Translations under genes and position numbers: made by a program
Shown here: piece by piece, positions 39,209-48,591 of the stretch
Layout of the letters: every line of letters begins with the position of its first letter
Position numbering within the stretch: the stretch's first letter is position 1
Notes under the pieces: generated by a model
What the model saw: the letters and a program-made list of their open reading frames with translations, nothing else
The model's database searches: none
What the model was told of the DNA's origin: nothing
Source: an uncultured Clostridia bacterium
GTDB lineage: Bacteria > Bacillota > Clostridia > Christensenellales > CAG-314
Reading direction: 5' to 3'
DNA length: 64,000 bases
Assembly (NCBI GenBank): GCA_947623225.1
Contig: CANQGO010000007.1
Span: forward strand, 230 to 64,229

Positions 39209-40681
39209 CTAACCCTCCGTGCGCTCCGTCGCCACAGTCAGTGCCCGCAGCCACTTTGCATTCTTCAGGGAGAGATCTCCCCTCTTAGCCATATATTTCC
39301 AGCAGCCCAGCGTTCCCGGTATATTCATACGGGAAGCCGTATCCGCTTCTACTATATCCTGCATACTGTATATGACCAATTCCGCTTTGCTTTCGGCGAG
39401 AAGTTTGATCAGATCGCGCGCTATATGCTCGCCGTCTTTCAGTCCGGTGATCTCCAACGCTTTGCTCTGCTGCCACTCTTCCAGACTCTGCCACCAGCCT
39501 ACGGTAGTATCGTTGTCGTGAGTACCGAGATAAGCCACGCAGTGCTCATTGAAATTGGCAGGCAAAAACGGATTGGACGGATTGCCGTCGCAACCGAATT
39601 GCACTATTTTCATACCGGCAAGTCCGCATCTGTCGCGCAGTTCGAGAACGCTGTCCGGTATATCTCCCAGGTCCTCGGCTATGATGGTGAGATCGGGGAA
39701 CGTTGTCTGTATATGCCGCAAGAAGTCGTAGCCGATACCCTTGATCCAGTGTCCTTTGCGCGCGGTCTTCTCACCGTACTTGACGGCATAGTAGCTGTCA
39801 AACGCACGGAAATGGTCTATACGCAACACGTCGAACAACTCGCCGCACTTGCCCACACGGCGCGTCCACCAGTCGAAGTTCTGCTTCTTCATCGCGTCCC
39901 AGTCGTAGAGGGGATTGCCCCACAGCTGACCGTCCTCGGAGAAGTAGTCGGGCGGCACTCCCGCCACCCAGTTGGGACGGCGATCCGCCGTCAGGTCGAA
40001 CAACTCCGGGTGCGCCCATACGTCGGCGGAATCGTAAGCGACATATATGGGTATATCTCCGATGAGTTTGATACCGGCCGAGCGGAGTTTGTTGCGAAAT
40101 GTTTTCCATTGCTTGTCGAAAATATACTGACAAAATACAACGTAGTCCACCTCGTCCGAGAGCAATTGGGCATACTTGTCCAGAGCCTCGGGCTTGCGCA
40201 TGCGTATGTCCTCGTCATCCCACTCCAGCCAGGACTTGCCATCGAAGTGCTTCTTCACCGCACAGAAAAGAGCGTAGTCCCTGAGCCAGAATTTGTTATG
40301 TTCGCAAAACTCGTTATAGTCTGCAGGCGGATCGTTTTTGATGAACCGGGCAAACGCCTCACGCAGTATGATATCCTTGTGAGAGATGGCATAGCCATAG
40401 TCATTGCCCCGCGCATGCTTGGACTCGGACAGCGTCTCCGGACTTACAAGCCCCTCACGGCACAGTTCCTCCGCGTCTATCACCAGCGTATTACCGGCAA
40501 ACGCAGACGGCGAGGCATATGGAGAATTTACAAAGTCGGTAGGTGTGATGGGAAGTATCTGCCAATATTCCTGTCTCGCTTCCCGCAAAAATTCAATAAA
40601 CTTGTCCGCCTCCGCCAGCGTTCCAACTCCGCTCGATGAGGGCAGCGACGTTATGTGCATCAATATTCCGCTCGATCTCAT
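39209..40681 (-). CDS. malQ: 4-alpha-glucanotransferase (GH77)
   Basis: GILMHITSLP, GDIPIYV, GVPPDYF..GQLWGNP, RIDHF, AEDLG and GTHDN motifs. Confidence 0.96.
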   Translation of the reverse strand: MRSSGILMHITSLPSSSGVGTLAEADKFIEFLREARQEYWQILPITPTDFVNSPYASPSAFAGNTLVIDAEELCREGLVSPETLSESKHARGNDYGYAISHKDIILREAFARFIKNDPPADYNEFCEHNKFWLRDYALFCAVKKHFDGKSWLEWDDEDIRMRKPEALDKYAQLLSDEVDYVVFCQYIFDKQWKTFRNKLRSAGIKLIGDIPIYVAYDSADVWAHPELFDLTADRRPNWVAGVPPDYFSEDGQLWGNPLYDWDAMKKQNFDWWTRRVGKCGELFDVLRIDHFRAFDSYYAVKYGEKTARKGHWIKGIGYDFLRHIQTTFPDLTIIAEDLGDIPDSVLELRDRCGLAGMKIVQFGCDGNPSNPFLPANFNEHCVAYLGTHDNDTTVGWWQSLEEWQQSKALEITGLKDGEHIARDLIKLLAESKAELVIYSMQDIVEADTASRMNIPGTLGCWKYMAKRGDLSLKNAKWLRALTVATERTEG

Positions 40682-40848
40682 AGTTTCCTCTTTCAAAAAA
40701 GTTTAGATACGGCAGTACCCCTGAGGGCATACTCCCACACAAAATATATTTTACCATTTATTGACTACAAAAGCAATTATTTGAAATATACCCGTTCAAA
40801 AAAATCACAATATTTTTTTCGTACTTCCGCTATTTTTTTGCTGTTCGG

Positions 40849-40877
40849 TTGACAAATCGAAACGAAGTGAATATACT
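40849..40877 (+). promoter_or_regulatory. Sigma-A/70 promoter upstream of the EamA gene
   Basis: TTGACA-17 bp-TATACT. Confidence 0.8.
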
Positions 40878-40894
40878 ATTAGCAAAAATAAATA

Positions 40895-40980
40895 ACCGAA
40901 GGAAATGTGGGAGAAATCCCTTGTCCATTCGCCTCGGTAATGCAACGACAGACTAATATTTTAGTTTGCCGTTTTTATTT
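40895..40980 (+). promoter_or_regulatory. Structured leader with terminator (candidate riboswitch/attenuator or sRNA)
   Basis: Nested stems ACCGAAGG/CCTCGGT, AATG/CATT, GGGA-GAAA-TCCC, followed by a 13-bp hairpin and a U-rich tail. Confidence 0.5.
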
Positions 40981-40984
40981 GAAA

Positions 40985-41941
40985 ATGAGTGCAGAAAGAA
41001 GACATGTTTTAGGGCTGTGTATGCTCATAGCGGTAGCCGTATTGTGGGGTGCGGGCTTTGTGCTGAATGCGCAATTGCTTTCTCTCGGCTTCGGCGATGC
41101 TCCTCAGCTGCTCAATGCATTGCGTTTCGTCATATCCGCGCTCTGTCTGCTGGCGATCTTCAACAAAAAGATACACCTGGACAAGCACATATTGCTCTAT
41201 GGCGCGGTAGGCGGAGCATTGCTGTGGGCAGGCTTTCTGTTGCAACTTATAGGGATGAAATACACCACCCCCTCCCACAGCGGATTCTTCACCGCTTCCT
41301 ATGTCATAGCGGTGCCCTTCATAGCCTGGATCGTCTACCGCAAACATCCGCATTGGAGCATCTTCGTCGGTGCGGCTGTGGCTATAGCGGGACTGACCGT
41401 GCTCAATTTCAACAATGAAGAGACGGGTTTCTCCCTTCAAGGCGACCTGCTCACATTGGCAGGCGCGCTCTGCTTCGCCTTACAGATAGTCTGGGCAGAC
41501 TACCTGCTGAAAAAGGGCAAAACCGACTATATACAGCTCACCTTCTGGCAAATAGCATTCGCTGCGGTGCTGTTTCTGGGCTATACCCTCATCTTCGAAA
41601 GCAAGCACTATGCCGCTATGCACTTCGACGCCGGGACGGAACTCTGGCGACTCGCCATCGTCATTCTGGGCGGTACGGCATTTGCCTACTACGCGCAGAC
41701 GTTTGCTCAGATACACCTCAGCCCTTCCGAGACCTCCCTTATTCTTTCCTGCGAGTCTCCCATAGGAGCCTTCATCTCCATGTTGATAGGGATGGAACCC
41801 TTCGCCTGGCAGACTATTGCGGGCGGCTTGCTGGTGATATGTGCCGTTGTATTGGTGGAACTCGTCCCCGAACTGCACCGCAAGAGACGGCACGCAGATG
41901 ATTCTCCTACGGATGCTCCGCCCGACGGGACGGATACGTAA
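40985..41941 (+). CDS. DMT/EamA family transporter
   Basis: 10 TM helices, LWGAGF, LRF, GMKYTT, GDLLTL and ESPIGA motifs. Confidence 0.92.
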   Translation: MSAERRHVLGLCMLIAVAVLWGAGFVLNAQLLSLGFGDAPQLLNALRFVISALCLLAIFNKKIHLDKHILLYGAVGGALLWAGFLLQLIGMKYTTPSHSGFFTASYVIAVPFIAWIVYRKHPHWSIFVGAAVAIAGLTVLNFNNEETGFSLQGDLLTLAGALCFALQIVWADYLLKKGKTDYIQLTFWQIAFAAVLFLGYTLIFESKHYAAMHFDAGTELWRLAIVILGGTAFAYYAQTFAQIHLSPSETSLILSCESPIGAFISMLIGMEPFAWQTIAGGLLVICAVVLVELVPELHRKRRHADDSPTDAPPDGTDT

Positions 41942-42006
41942 CGCCTACTCATAGGTACAAAAAAATCAGCGTCGCATTTGCACAAGCGACGCTGTTTTTT
42001 TACGCT

Positions 42007-43941
42007 CTAAGCCTTTTTGACGGTTATTATATTTTCCTCGCGGACGTCTTTGGTGAAGCCGTCGTCTATGTATTGCCTATATTCCTCTCCGTCTCCGAGC
42101 AGTACCACGTCACGCATATCCGTTTTAGCCGTGCAAGGACCGCCCTTGCACACCGGAACGCATCTGCCCTTACGGATATAGAATACGACCTCGTTGAGTC
42201 CCACCTGTATCCTGCGCAGCCCTTTGGGTATTTGCTCGCACTCGAAGCCGTTGCCGTCATACCTCACTTCCGTCATCTCTTCCGGTAGCCACACCACTCT
42301 GTCCTTGGCTCCCTTTTCAATGATGGGAGCGATCATAATGCTATCGCCCACCAGCAATTGATCTTCTATATTGCGGGAGCGTTCGTCTGCGTACTCGAAG
42401 CCCAGCGGTTTGATATACATATCCCCGTGCAGAGCGGCTTTCACATACTCGGAGTAGATATATGGCAGCAGTTTGTAACGCAACGACACTATACTTCTGA
42501 AGTCGTCGGTACCGCTGTATCTGTAGCACTCCTGTTTTCTTGTCAGTATAGCAGAGTGGTTGCGCATCAGCGGCGTGAACGCGGAAAACGCCAGCCATCT
42601 GAGCATCAGTTCCCTGCCGCAGTTGCCTCCGAAACCTCCCGTGTCCGCTCCGCTGTACAGAAATCCCACCATATTCAGCGAAGGCATCATCTTGACGTTT
42701 CTCACAAGATGATCCCACGCCGAGGCGTTGTCTCCCGTCCATATACCGCCGTAACGGTGCGCTCCGACGTACGAAGAGCGGCTGAAGAGCAAAAATCTGC
42801 CGGGCAGCATCTTGTCCAGCTGCTCGCTCGCCGCACGCGTCATCAATGCGCCGAAAAGATTGTGCACCTTGTCGTGCAATACCCTCTTGCCATCTATATT
42901 GTGGTAAAAATTGCGATAGTCTTTGTATGCGTTGGTCTCCTTCTCGCTCTCTGTCGAGGGCGACGGCGTGAGCGCGTTGAGCACGCCCGTATACTCGCTG
43001 TAGAATATAGCCGGTTCGTTCATGTCGTTCCAGAAACCTTCTATACCCATATCCGTCAGTTTGCGATACTCGTTGCCGAACCACTCCCTGCACTTCGGTT
43101 GGAAAAAGTCGGGAAAGTGCGTCATGCCCGGCCATACTGCCGCCTTGAACAGTCCGCCTTCGTGATTGGTACAGAAGTATCCGCGCTTGACGCCTTCTTC
43201 GTACGTCTCATTGCCCGGCTCGACCTTGACTCCGGCGTCTATGATGGGCACCAGCCTCAGTCCCCTGCTGCGCATACTCTCCGCATATTCTTTCAGGTCG
43301 GGAAAGCGTTTTTTGTTAACAGTGAAGTCGATATACCTGTCCATATAGTCTATATCCAGGCATATCCAGTCCAACGGAATATCTGCATTGCGATATCCGT
43401 CCGCCACCGCGTCTATGTCCTTTTGCCGCTTGTACCCCCAGCGGCTCTGTCCGAAACCGAACGCCCACAGCGGCGGAATGAAACTGCGCCCTATCAACGA
43501 CAAAAATTCCCGCGTTACTGCGTAGGCATTGGCCCCGTCCATCTCCACTACTTTTACGTTTTTGTCACAGCGCACCACGATCTTGCCGCTGCCATGATAG
43601 TCCACCTCGAATATAGCCTTTGCCGGAGTGTCGAAGAATGTCCCGACGCAGCCGTCGCCGTCTATGAGCAGCAGATTGTGCGAGCCGTACAGAGAGGGCA
43701 TATCGTCGGTATGGTGCGGATTGTCCGTATTGTAACTGACATATCTGCCGCCCCGCTTGTTGATACCGCGCACCTGCTCCCCCAGCCCGTATACTATGTC
43801 CCGCTCGGCAAGTTCGTACACAAATACCAATTCGTTTTCCTTCTCTTCCACCTGCCAATAGCGCAACGTCTCTGCGCTTTCCGCGTCTCTGACCAGTGCG
43901 CCCGTGTCCATAGGTGAGCCGAAAATTACCTGTTTTGCCAT
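42007..43941 (-). CDS. GH31 alpha-glucosidase
   Basis: YGLGE, LDIDYM, FWNDMNEP, WTGDN and GADTGGF motifs. Confidence 0.94.
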   Translation of the reverse strand: MAKQVIFGSPMDTGALVRDAESAETLRYWQVEEKENELVFVYELAERDIVYGLGEQVRGINKRGGRYVSYNTDNPHHTDDMPSLYGSHNLLLIDGDGCVGTFFDTPAKAIFEVDYHGSGKIVVRCDKNVKVVEMDGANAYAVTREFLSLIGRSFIPPLWAFGFGQSRWGYKRQKDIDAVADGYRNADIPLDWICLDIDYMDRYIDFTVNKKRFPDLKEYAESMRSRGLRLVPIIDAGVKVEPGNETYEEGVKRGYFCTNHEGGLFKAAVWPGMTHFPDFFQPKCREWFGNEYRKLTDMGIEGFWNDMNEPAIFYSEYTGVLNALTPSPSTESEKETNAYKDYRNFYHNIDGKRVLHDKVHNLFGALMTRAASEQLDKMLPGRFLLFSRSSYVGAHRYGGIWTGDNASAWDHLVRNVKMMPSLNMVGFLYSGADTGGFGGNCGRELMLRWLAFSAFTPLMRNHSAILTRKQECYRYSGTDDFRSIVSLRYKLLPYIYSEYVKAALHGDMYIKPLGFEYADERSRNIEDQLLVGDSIMIAPIIEKGAKDRVVWLPEEMTEVRYDGNGFECEQIPKGLRRIQVGLNEVVFYIRKGRCVPVCKGGPCTAKTDMRDVVLLGDGEEYRQYIDDGFTKDVREENIITVKKA

Positions 43942-43975
43942 GTTTTCACCCGATCCACTGTATTTCCACGCTCTG

Positions 43976-44311
43976 TCATGCGATCATGCCGAGCACGTTG
44001 AAACCCAATATGGACAGCAACGCCAGCACGGCGAAGATCCAGAACAGTATTCTGAAAGTCCTTCCTTTGCTTTTGGAATGAGCATAAGCGGCAAGAAATA
44101 CGCTTATGAAGAGCGCGAGATTGGCAATGAGATTGAGAACGCTCAGTACCGTATTCATCACCGAACCTGCACTGCCTATCACGTTCCACTTGATAAGGCA
44201 TTGTATTATGAAGGTGATGATCCCAGCGATACCGGAGATGATGATCCCCCAGAATGCGGTAGCCTTGACTATGCCGTAGTTGCTTGCTGTTTCGCTTGAT
44301 TTTTTGGACAT
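43976..44311 (-). CDS. Small three-TM hypothetical membrane protein
   Basis: RBS AGGAGG; three hydrophobic segments. Confidence 0.7.
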   Translation of the reverse strand: MSKKSSETASNYGIVKATAFWGIIISGIAGIITFIIQCLIKWNVIGSAGSVMNTVLSVLNLIANLALFISVFLAAYAHSKSKGRTFRILFWIFAVLALLSILGFNVLGMIA

Positions 44312-44492
44312 ATATGCCTCCTGCTTTGTATGATGATTATATTGTACCACCTTATCCGTCCGATAGCAACTGTCGATACGCTATACGTTGACGATTTTTT
44401 TCACCCACCAAGCAAATGCGGACCCGCTCTTTTCAAGAAGCAGGTCCACTATTGCCGTTTGTTATTTTTCCGCTCGGCTCATTCGCTGTCCG

Positions 44493-45185
44493 TCACTGCG
44501 CCTCGGGAGTATCCGCACTCTCTGCCGTTTCCTCTACAGTCTGCGAAGTATCTACGTCCGACGGAGCAGCCGCGCCTCGCTTTTTTCGACGGAATATCTT
44601 ATTGCGAAATAGAATAAGGGTAAAGACAACAAATGCGACCAACAAAATAGCGAATGTCACGATGGATTGGACAAGTCCCTTCGGACAGTACCCCAGCAGC
44701 AGAAGCAATCCTCCGCCGAATGCTATAGCGGGCAGTCCCGAATACACCATATTCGACGCGGCGGGCGTTTCGAGTTTCGGGTCGATCTCGCGCAGCAGTA
44801 TCATGCCGTTGCTTGCCGTGCCAGTCAGCATTCCGAACATGGATATAAACCCTTCGTGTTCGTACCCTTTGTATATGTGGTTGGACACAAGGCGAATGTA
44901 CGCAAATGTCGCTACGGCTCCCACCGTGCATATGATGAGCAACTGCCACCACATAGAAGAAAATTGGTTCCAGTCTATAGCCGCAACGCCGGCGATGATC
45001 ATCATGTCGAACATAAATCCGCTGATACGATCGAGCAGGAAGTTGTTGGTCAGCTCGCGATGGATGATCTTCTTTCTTCCGAGCAGATTGAGTATCTGGC
45101 GCGTCACCAGAGCGAGCAGCGAACCGAGCAGGAAGTTGAATCCCCATATGAGATCGACGTTGACCAGTCGCATGATCAGGTATGG
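44493..45185 (-). pseudogene. 3' fragment of a sodium:glutamate symporter (GltS-like); 5' part missing
   Basis: RISGFMFDMMIIAGVAAI and FGMLTGTASNGMILLREIDP motifs; in-frame stop and AT-rich DNA just upstream. Confidence 0.7.
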
Positions 45186-45735
45186 AGGTTATTGTGTCTA
45201 TTGTTTTGAAATACTTTTATATCTTTCTAACAGATCTTTCGATTGTTACACTCCACTCCCCATCATTGTCCCAAAGACTCAAATCGGACAATACCGGGCA
45301 AATATTCTCGATGTCTTTGTCGATATTGACATATATCGCTTCATCAAACCAAACATGACTTTTGGAGAAAGTATACGCATGCTTTTCCGTTCTTATCACT
45401 ATCGCCATATCGATAATAATATTATACCCTTTATAACAACATATTTCAAGTATCTGACATGCTATCATCAAAATCTATGAAATACATTTATTCATAAATC
45501 ATTAGGCTCTTTTGCCATACAATTCCTTGTTTTCAAATCAAGTGTAACTTGCCTGAAAAGAAATATTTTATTCGTTTTTTTACCCTTTTGGGCTCACAAA
45601 AAATGGCTATCTCGTTAAGAAATAAGCCCCAATGTGCAAACATGGAGCAAAAAAGACCTGCCCCGAATAACGGAGCAGGTCATCAATGTTATTTAACGAA
45701 TATTGGATCTTTCTACCCCATGTGGCGGATTCGCC

Positions 45736-48378
45736 TTATTTGCGGGGGTTCTTGATATTCGCTTGCGCTGCTGCAAGGCGAGCGATGGGCACGCGGTAAG
45801 GCGAGCAGGACACGTATGTCAGGTTGATATTGTGAGCGAACTCTATGCTGCTGGGATCGCCGCCGTGTTCGCCGCAGATACCGCACTGCAATTCGGGACG
45901 AGTGCCGCGACCGAGTTCGACAGCCATCTTCATCAATTTGCCCACGCCTATTGTATCCAGACGTGCAAACGGATCGGACTCGTAGATCTTGCTTGCATAG
46001 TAGCTGGGCAAGAACTTACTTGCGTCGTCACGGCTGAATCCGAAAGTCATCTGAGTCAGGTCGTTGGTGCCGAAGGAGAAGAATTCCGCTTCCTTGGCGA
46101 TCTCGTCTGCCGTGAGTGCAGCACGAGGTATCTCGATCATGGTACCTACCTGATAGGTGAGTGTCGCACCGCTTTCCGCTATCACGCTGTCGGCTGTAGC
46201 GACTACCGTCTTCTTGACATATGCCAACTCTTTGACTTCGCCCACCAGCGGGATCATGATCTCGGGCACCACATGCCAATCGGGATGACGCTTCTGCACA
46301 TTCAGAGCGGCTTTGATCACCGCACGGGTCTGCATGACGGCGATCTCCGGATATGTGACTGCCAGACGGCATCCGCGGTGACCCATCATGGGGTTGAATT
46401 CGTGCAAAGCGTTGCATATTTGCTTGATTTGAGCGACGCTCTTGTGCTGAGCCTTTGCCAGTTCTTCTATATCACGCTCATCTGTGGGGACGAATTCGTG
46501 AAGGGGCGGATCCAGGAAGCGGATGATGACGGCCTGTCCGTGCAGTGCTTCCATAAGTCCTTCAAAGTCGGCCTGTTGGAGAGGTTCGATCTTCGCCAAG
46601 GCGACTTCTCTTTCCTCCTTGGTCTCGGAGACTATCATCTCGCGGAACTTATCTATACGTCCTTCGCCGAAGAACATATGCTCCGTACGGCACAGACCGA
46701 TACCTTGTGCGCCCAGTTCAAATGCACGCTGAGCATCTTGCGGAGTATCCGCATTGGTACGAACTTCCAACGCCTTGTATTTGTCCGCAAGGCGCATGAT
46801 GCGTCCGAAATATCCGCTGTTGGGATCGGCGGGAACGGTCTTGATCTGTATGTCGTAGATCAGACCTGTAGAGCCGTCCAGCGAGATGGGATCGCCTTCA
46901 TGGAAGATCTTGCCGCCCAGTTCGAATTGCTTATTGGCTTCGTCCATCTTGATGTCACCGCAACCGGACACGCAGCATGTACCCATACCGCGAGCGACAA
47001 CTGCAGCGTGAGAGGTCTGTCCGCCGCGAACGGTCAGTATGCCCTGCGCATACTTCATACCTTCGATATCTTCGGGGCTGGTCTCCAGACGTACAAGCAC
47101 CACTTTCTTCTTCTGTTTGCCCAGTATTACGGCGTCCTCCGGAGTGAATACTACCGTACCAGTTGCAGCACCGGGACTTGCAGCGATACCTTTGCCGACC
47201 ACATTGCTCTGGGCCTTTGCAAGAGCGTCCGCGTCGAATGTCGGGTGCAGCAGCATATCCAGCGACTTGGCGTCTATCTGCATGAGTGCCTCTTGCTCCG
47301 TGATCATTCCTTCGTCTATAAGGTCGCAAGCGATCTTGATAGCGGCGGCAGCTGTACGCTTGCCGTTACGCGTCTGCAACATATACAGTTTGCCACGTTC
47401 GATGGTGAACTCCATATCCTGCATATCTTTGTAATGGTGTTCCAAAGTCTCGCATACTTGGAGGAATTGGTTGTAGACGTCAGGCAGCACTTCGGCCATC
47501 TGACTGATGGGCATCGGCGTACGTACGCCGGCGACCACGTCTTCGCCTTGCGCATTCATCAGGAATTCACCCATGAGTCCCTTTTCGCCTGTGGCGGGAT
47601 TACGCGTGAACGCAACGCCCGTGCCGCAATCGTCACCCATGTTGCCGAATGCCATCATCTGTACATTGACTGCGGTACCCCAGCTGTAGGGTATATCGTG
47701 GTCCATACGGTACACGTTGGCGCGAGGGTTATCCCAGCTGCGGAACACCGCTTCCACCGCCGCGAACAGCTGCTCCGTCGCGTCCTGCGGGAAGGGCTTG
47801 CCTATCTTTGCCTGATACTCCGCCTTGAACTGTCCGGCGAGTTCCTTGAGGTCATCGGCAGTCATCTCTACGTCGAACTGAATGCCGCGCTTTGCCTTCA
47901 TCTCATCGATGAGTGCTTCGAAATATTTCTTGCCGACTTCCATGACGACGTCGGAGAACATCTGAATGAAACGTCTGTAGCAGTCCCATGCCCAACGGGG
48001 ATTGCCGCTCTGCTCTGCGAGTACTTCCACCACTTCATCGTTCAGACCGAGGTTGAGGATGGTATCCATCATACCGGGCATGGACGCACGTGCGCCGGAG
48101 CGTACGGATACAAGCAGGGGATTCTTCTTGTCGCCGAACTTTTTGCCGGTGATCTTTTCCAACTTCTTGATATAACGAAGAATGTCGGCTTTGATTTCGT
48201 CATTGATACGTCTGCCGTCTTCATAGTACTGCGTGCACGCTTCGGTGGAGATGGTAAATCCCTGAGGTACGGGCAGACCGATATTGGTCATTTCCGCAAG
48301 GTTGGCTCCCTTACCGCCGAGAATTTCACGCATGTTCGCGTTGCCTTCGCTGAACAAATAGATAAATTTTTTTGCCAC
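45736..48378 (-). CDS. ppdK: Pyruvate, phosphate dikinase
   Basis: LGGKGANL, SVRSGA, GGQTSHAAVVAR, GLCRTEHM, FGTNDL and ICGEHGG motifs. Confidence 0.98.
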   Translation of the reverse strand: MAKKFIYLFSEGNANMREILGGKGANLAEMTNIGLPVPQGFTISTEACTQYYEDGRRINDEIKADILRYIKKLEKITGKKFGDKKNPLLVSVRSGARASMPGMMDTILNLGLNDEVVEVLAEQSGNPRWAWDCYRRFIQMFSDVVMEVGKKYFEALIDEMKAKRGIQFDVEMTADDLKELAGQFKAEYQAKIGKPFPQDATEQLFAAVEAVFRSWDNPRANVYRMDHDIPYSWGTAVNVQMMAFGNMGDDCGTGVAFTRNPATGEKGLMGEFLMNAQGEDVVAGVRTPMPISQMAEVLPDVYNQFLQVCETLEHHYKDMQDMEFTIERGKLYMLQTRNGKRTAAAAIKIACDLIDEGMITEQEALMQIDAKSLDMLLHPTFDADALAKAQSNVVGKGIAASPGAATGTVVFTPEDAVILGKQKKKVVLVRLETSPEDIEGMKYAQGILTVRGGQTSHAAVVARGMGTCCVSGCGDIKMDEANKQFELGGKIFHEGDPISLDGSTGLIYDIQIKTVPADPNSGYFGRIMRLADKYKALEVRTNADTPQDAQRAFELGAQGIGLCRTEHMFFGEGRIDKFREMIVSETKEEREVALAKIEPLQQADFEGLMEALHGQAVIIRFLDPPLHEFVPTDERDIEELAKAQHKSVAQIKQICNALHEFNPMMGHRGCRLAVTYPEIAVMQTRAVIKAALNVQKRHPDWHVVPEIMIPLVGEVKELAYVKKTVVATADSVIAESGATLTYQVGTMIEIPRAALTADEIAKEAEFFSFGTNDLTQMTFGFSRDDASKFLPSYYASKIYESDPFARLDTIGVGKLMKMAVELGRGTRPELQCGICGEHGGDPSSIEFAHNINLTYVSCSPYRVPIARLAAAQANIKNPRK

Positions 48379-48591
48379 GTTTTATTCCTCCAAAAAATAG
48401 TTTACACATATTAGGCTCTTTAGTGCCCATACGCGTTTATTTTACAATATTTTACCAAAATACACAAGCACTTTGAAATAAAATTTCTTCAGACATACAA
48501 TGATTTATTCTTCCTGTCCATATTGCGAAAATCTTATATATGTGGTATATTTATAAATAAACCATCTGTATTCGGCAAACGGAAGTAAAAT

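Noticed and set aside
7529-48414. Many long antisense ORFs (for example 45703-48414, 7529-9208, 33474-35075, 35024-36649, 37741-39288, 42358-43917)
   Set aside because: They mirror well-identified genes on the opposite strand, lack recognisable motifs and are expected from GC-rich codon bias.
45501-48432. ATTAGGCTCTTT..GCC(C)ATAC on both sides of ppdK (about 45501 and 48410)
   Set aside because: Only 12 bp are exact, which is expected by chance in 64 kb; ppdK is a core gene with no mobility signal.
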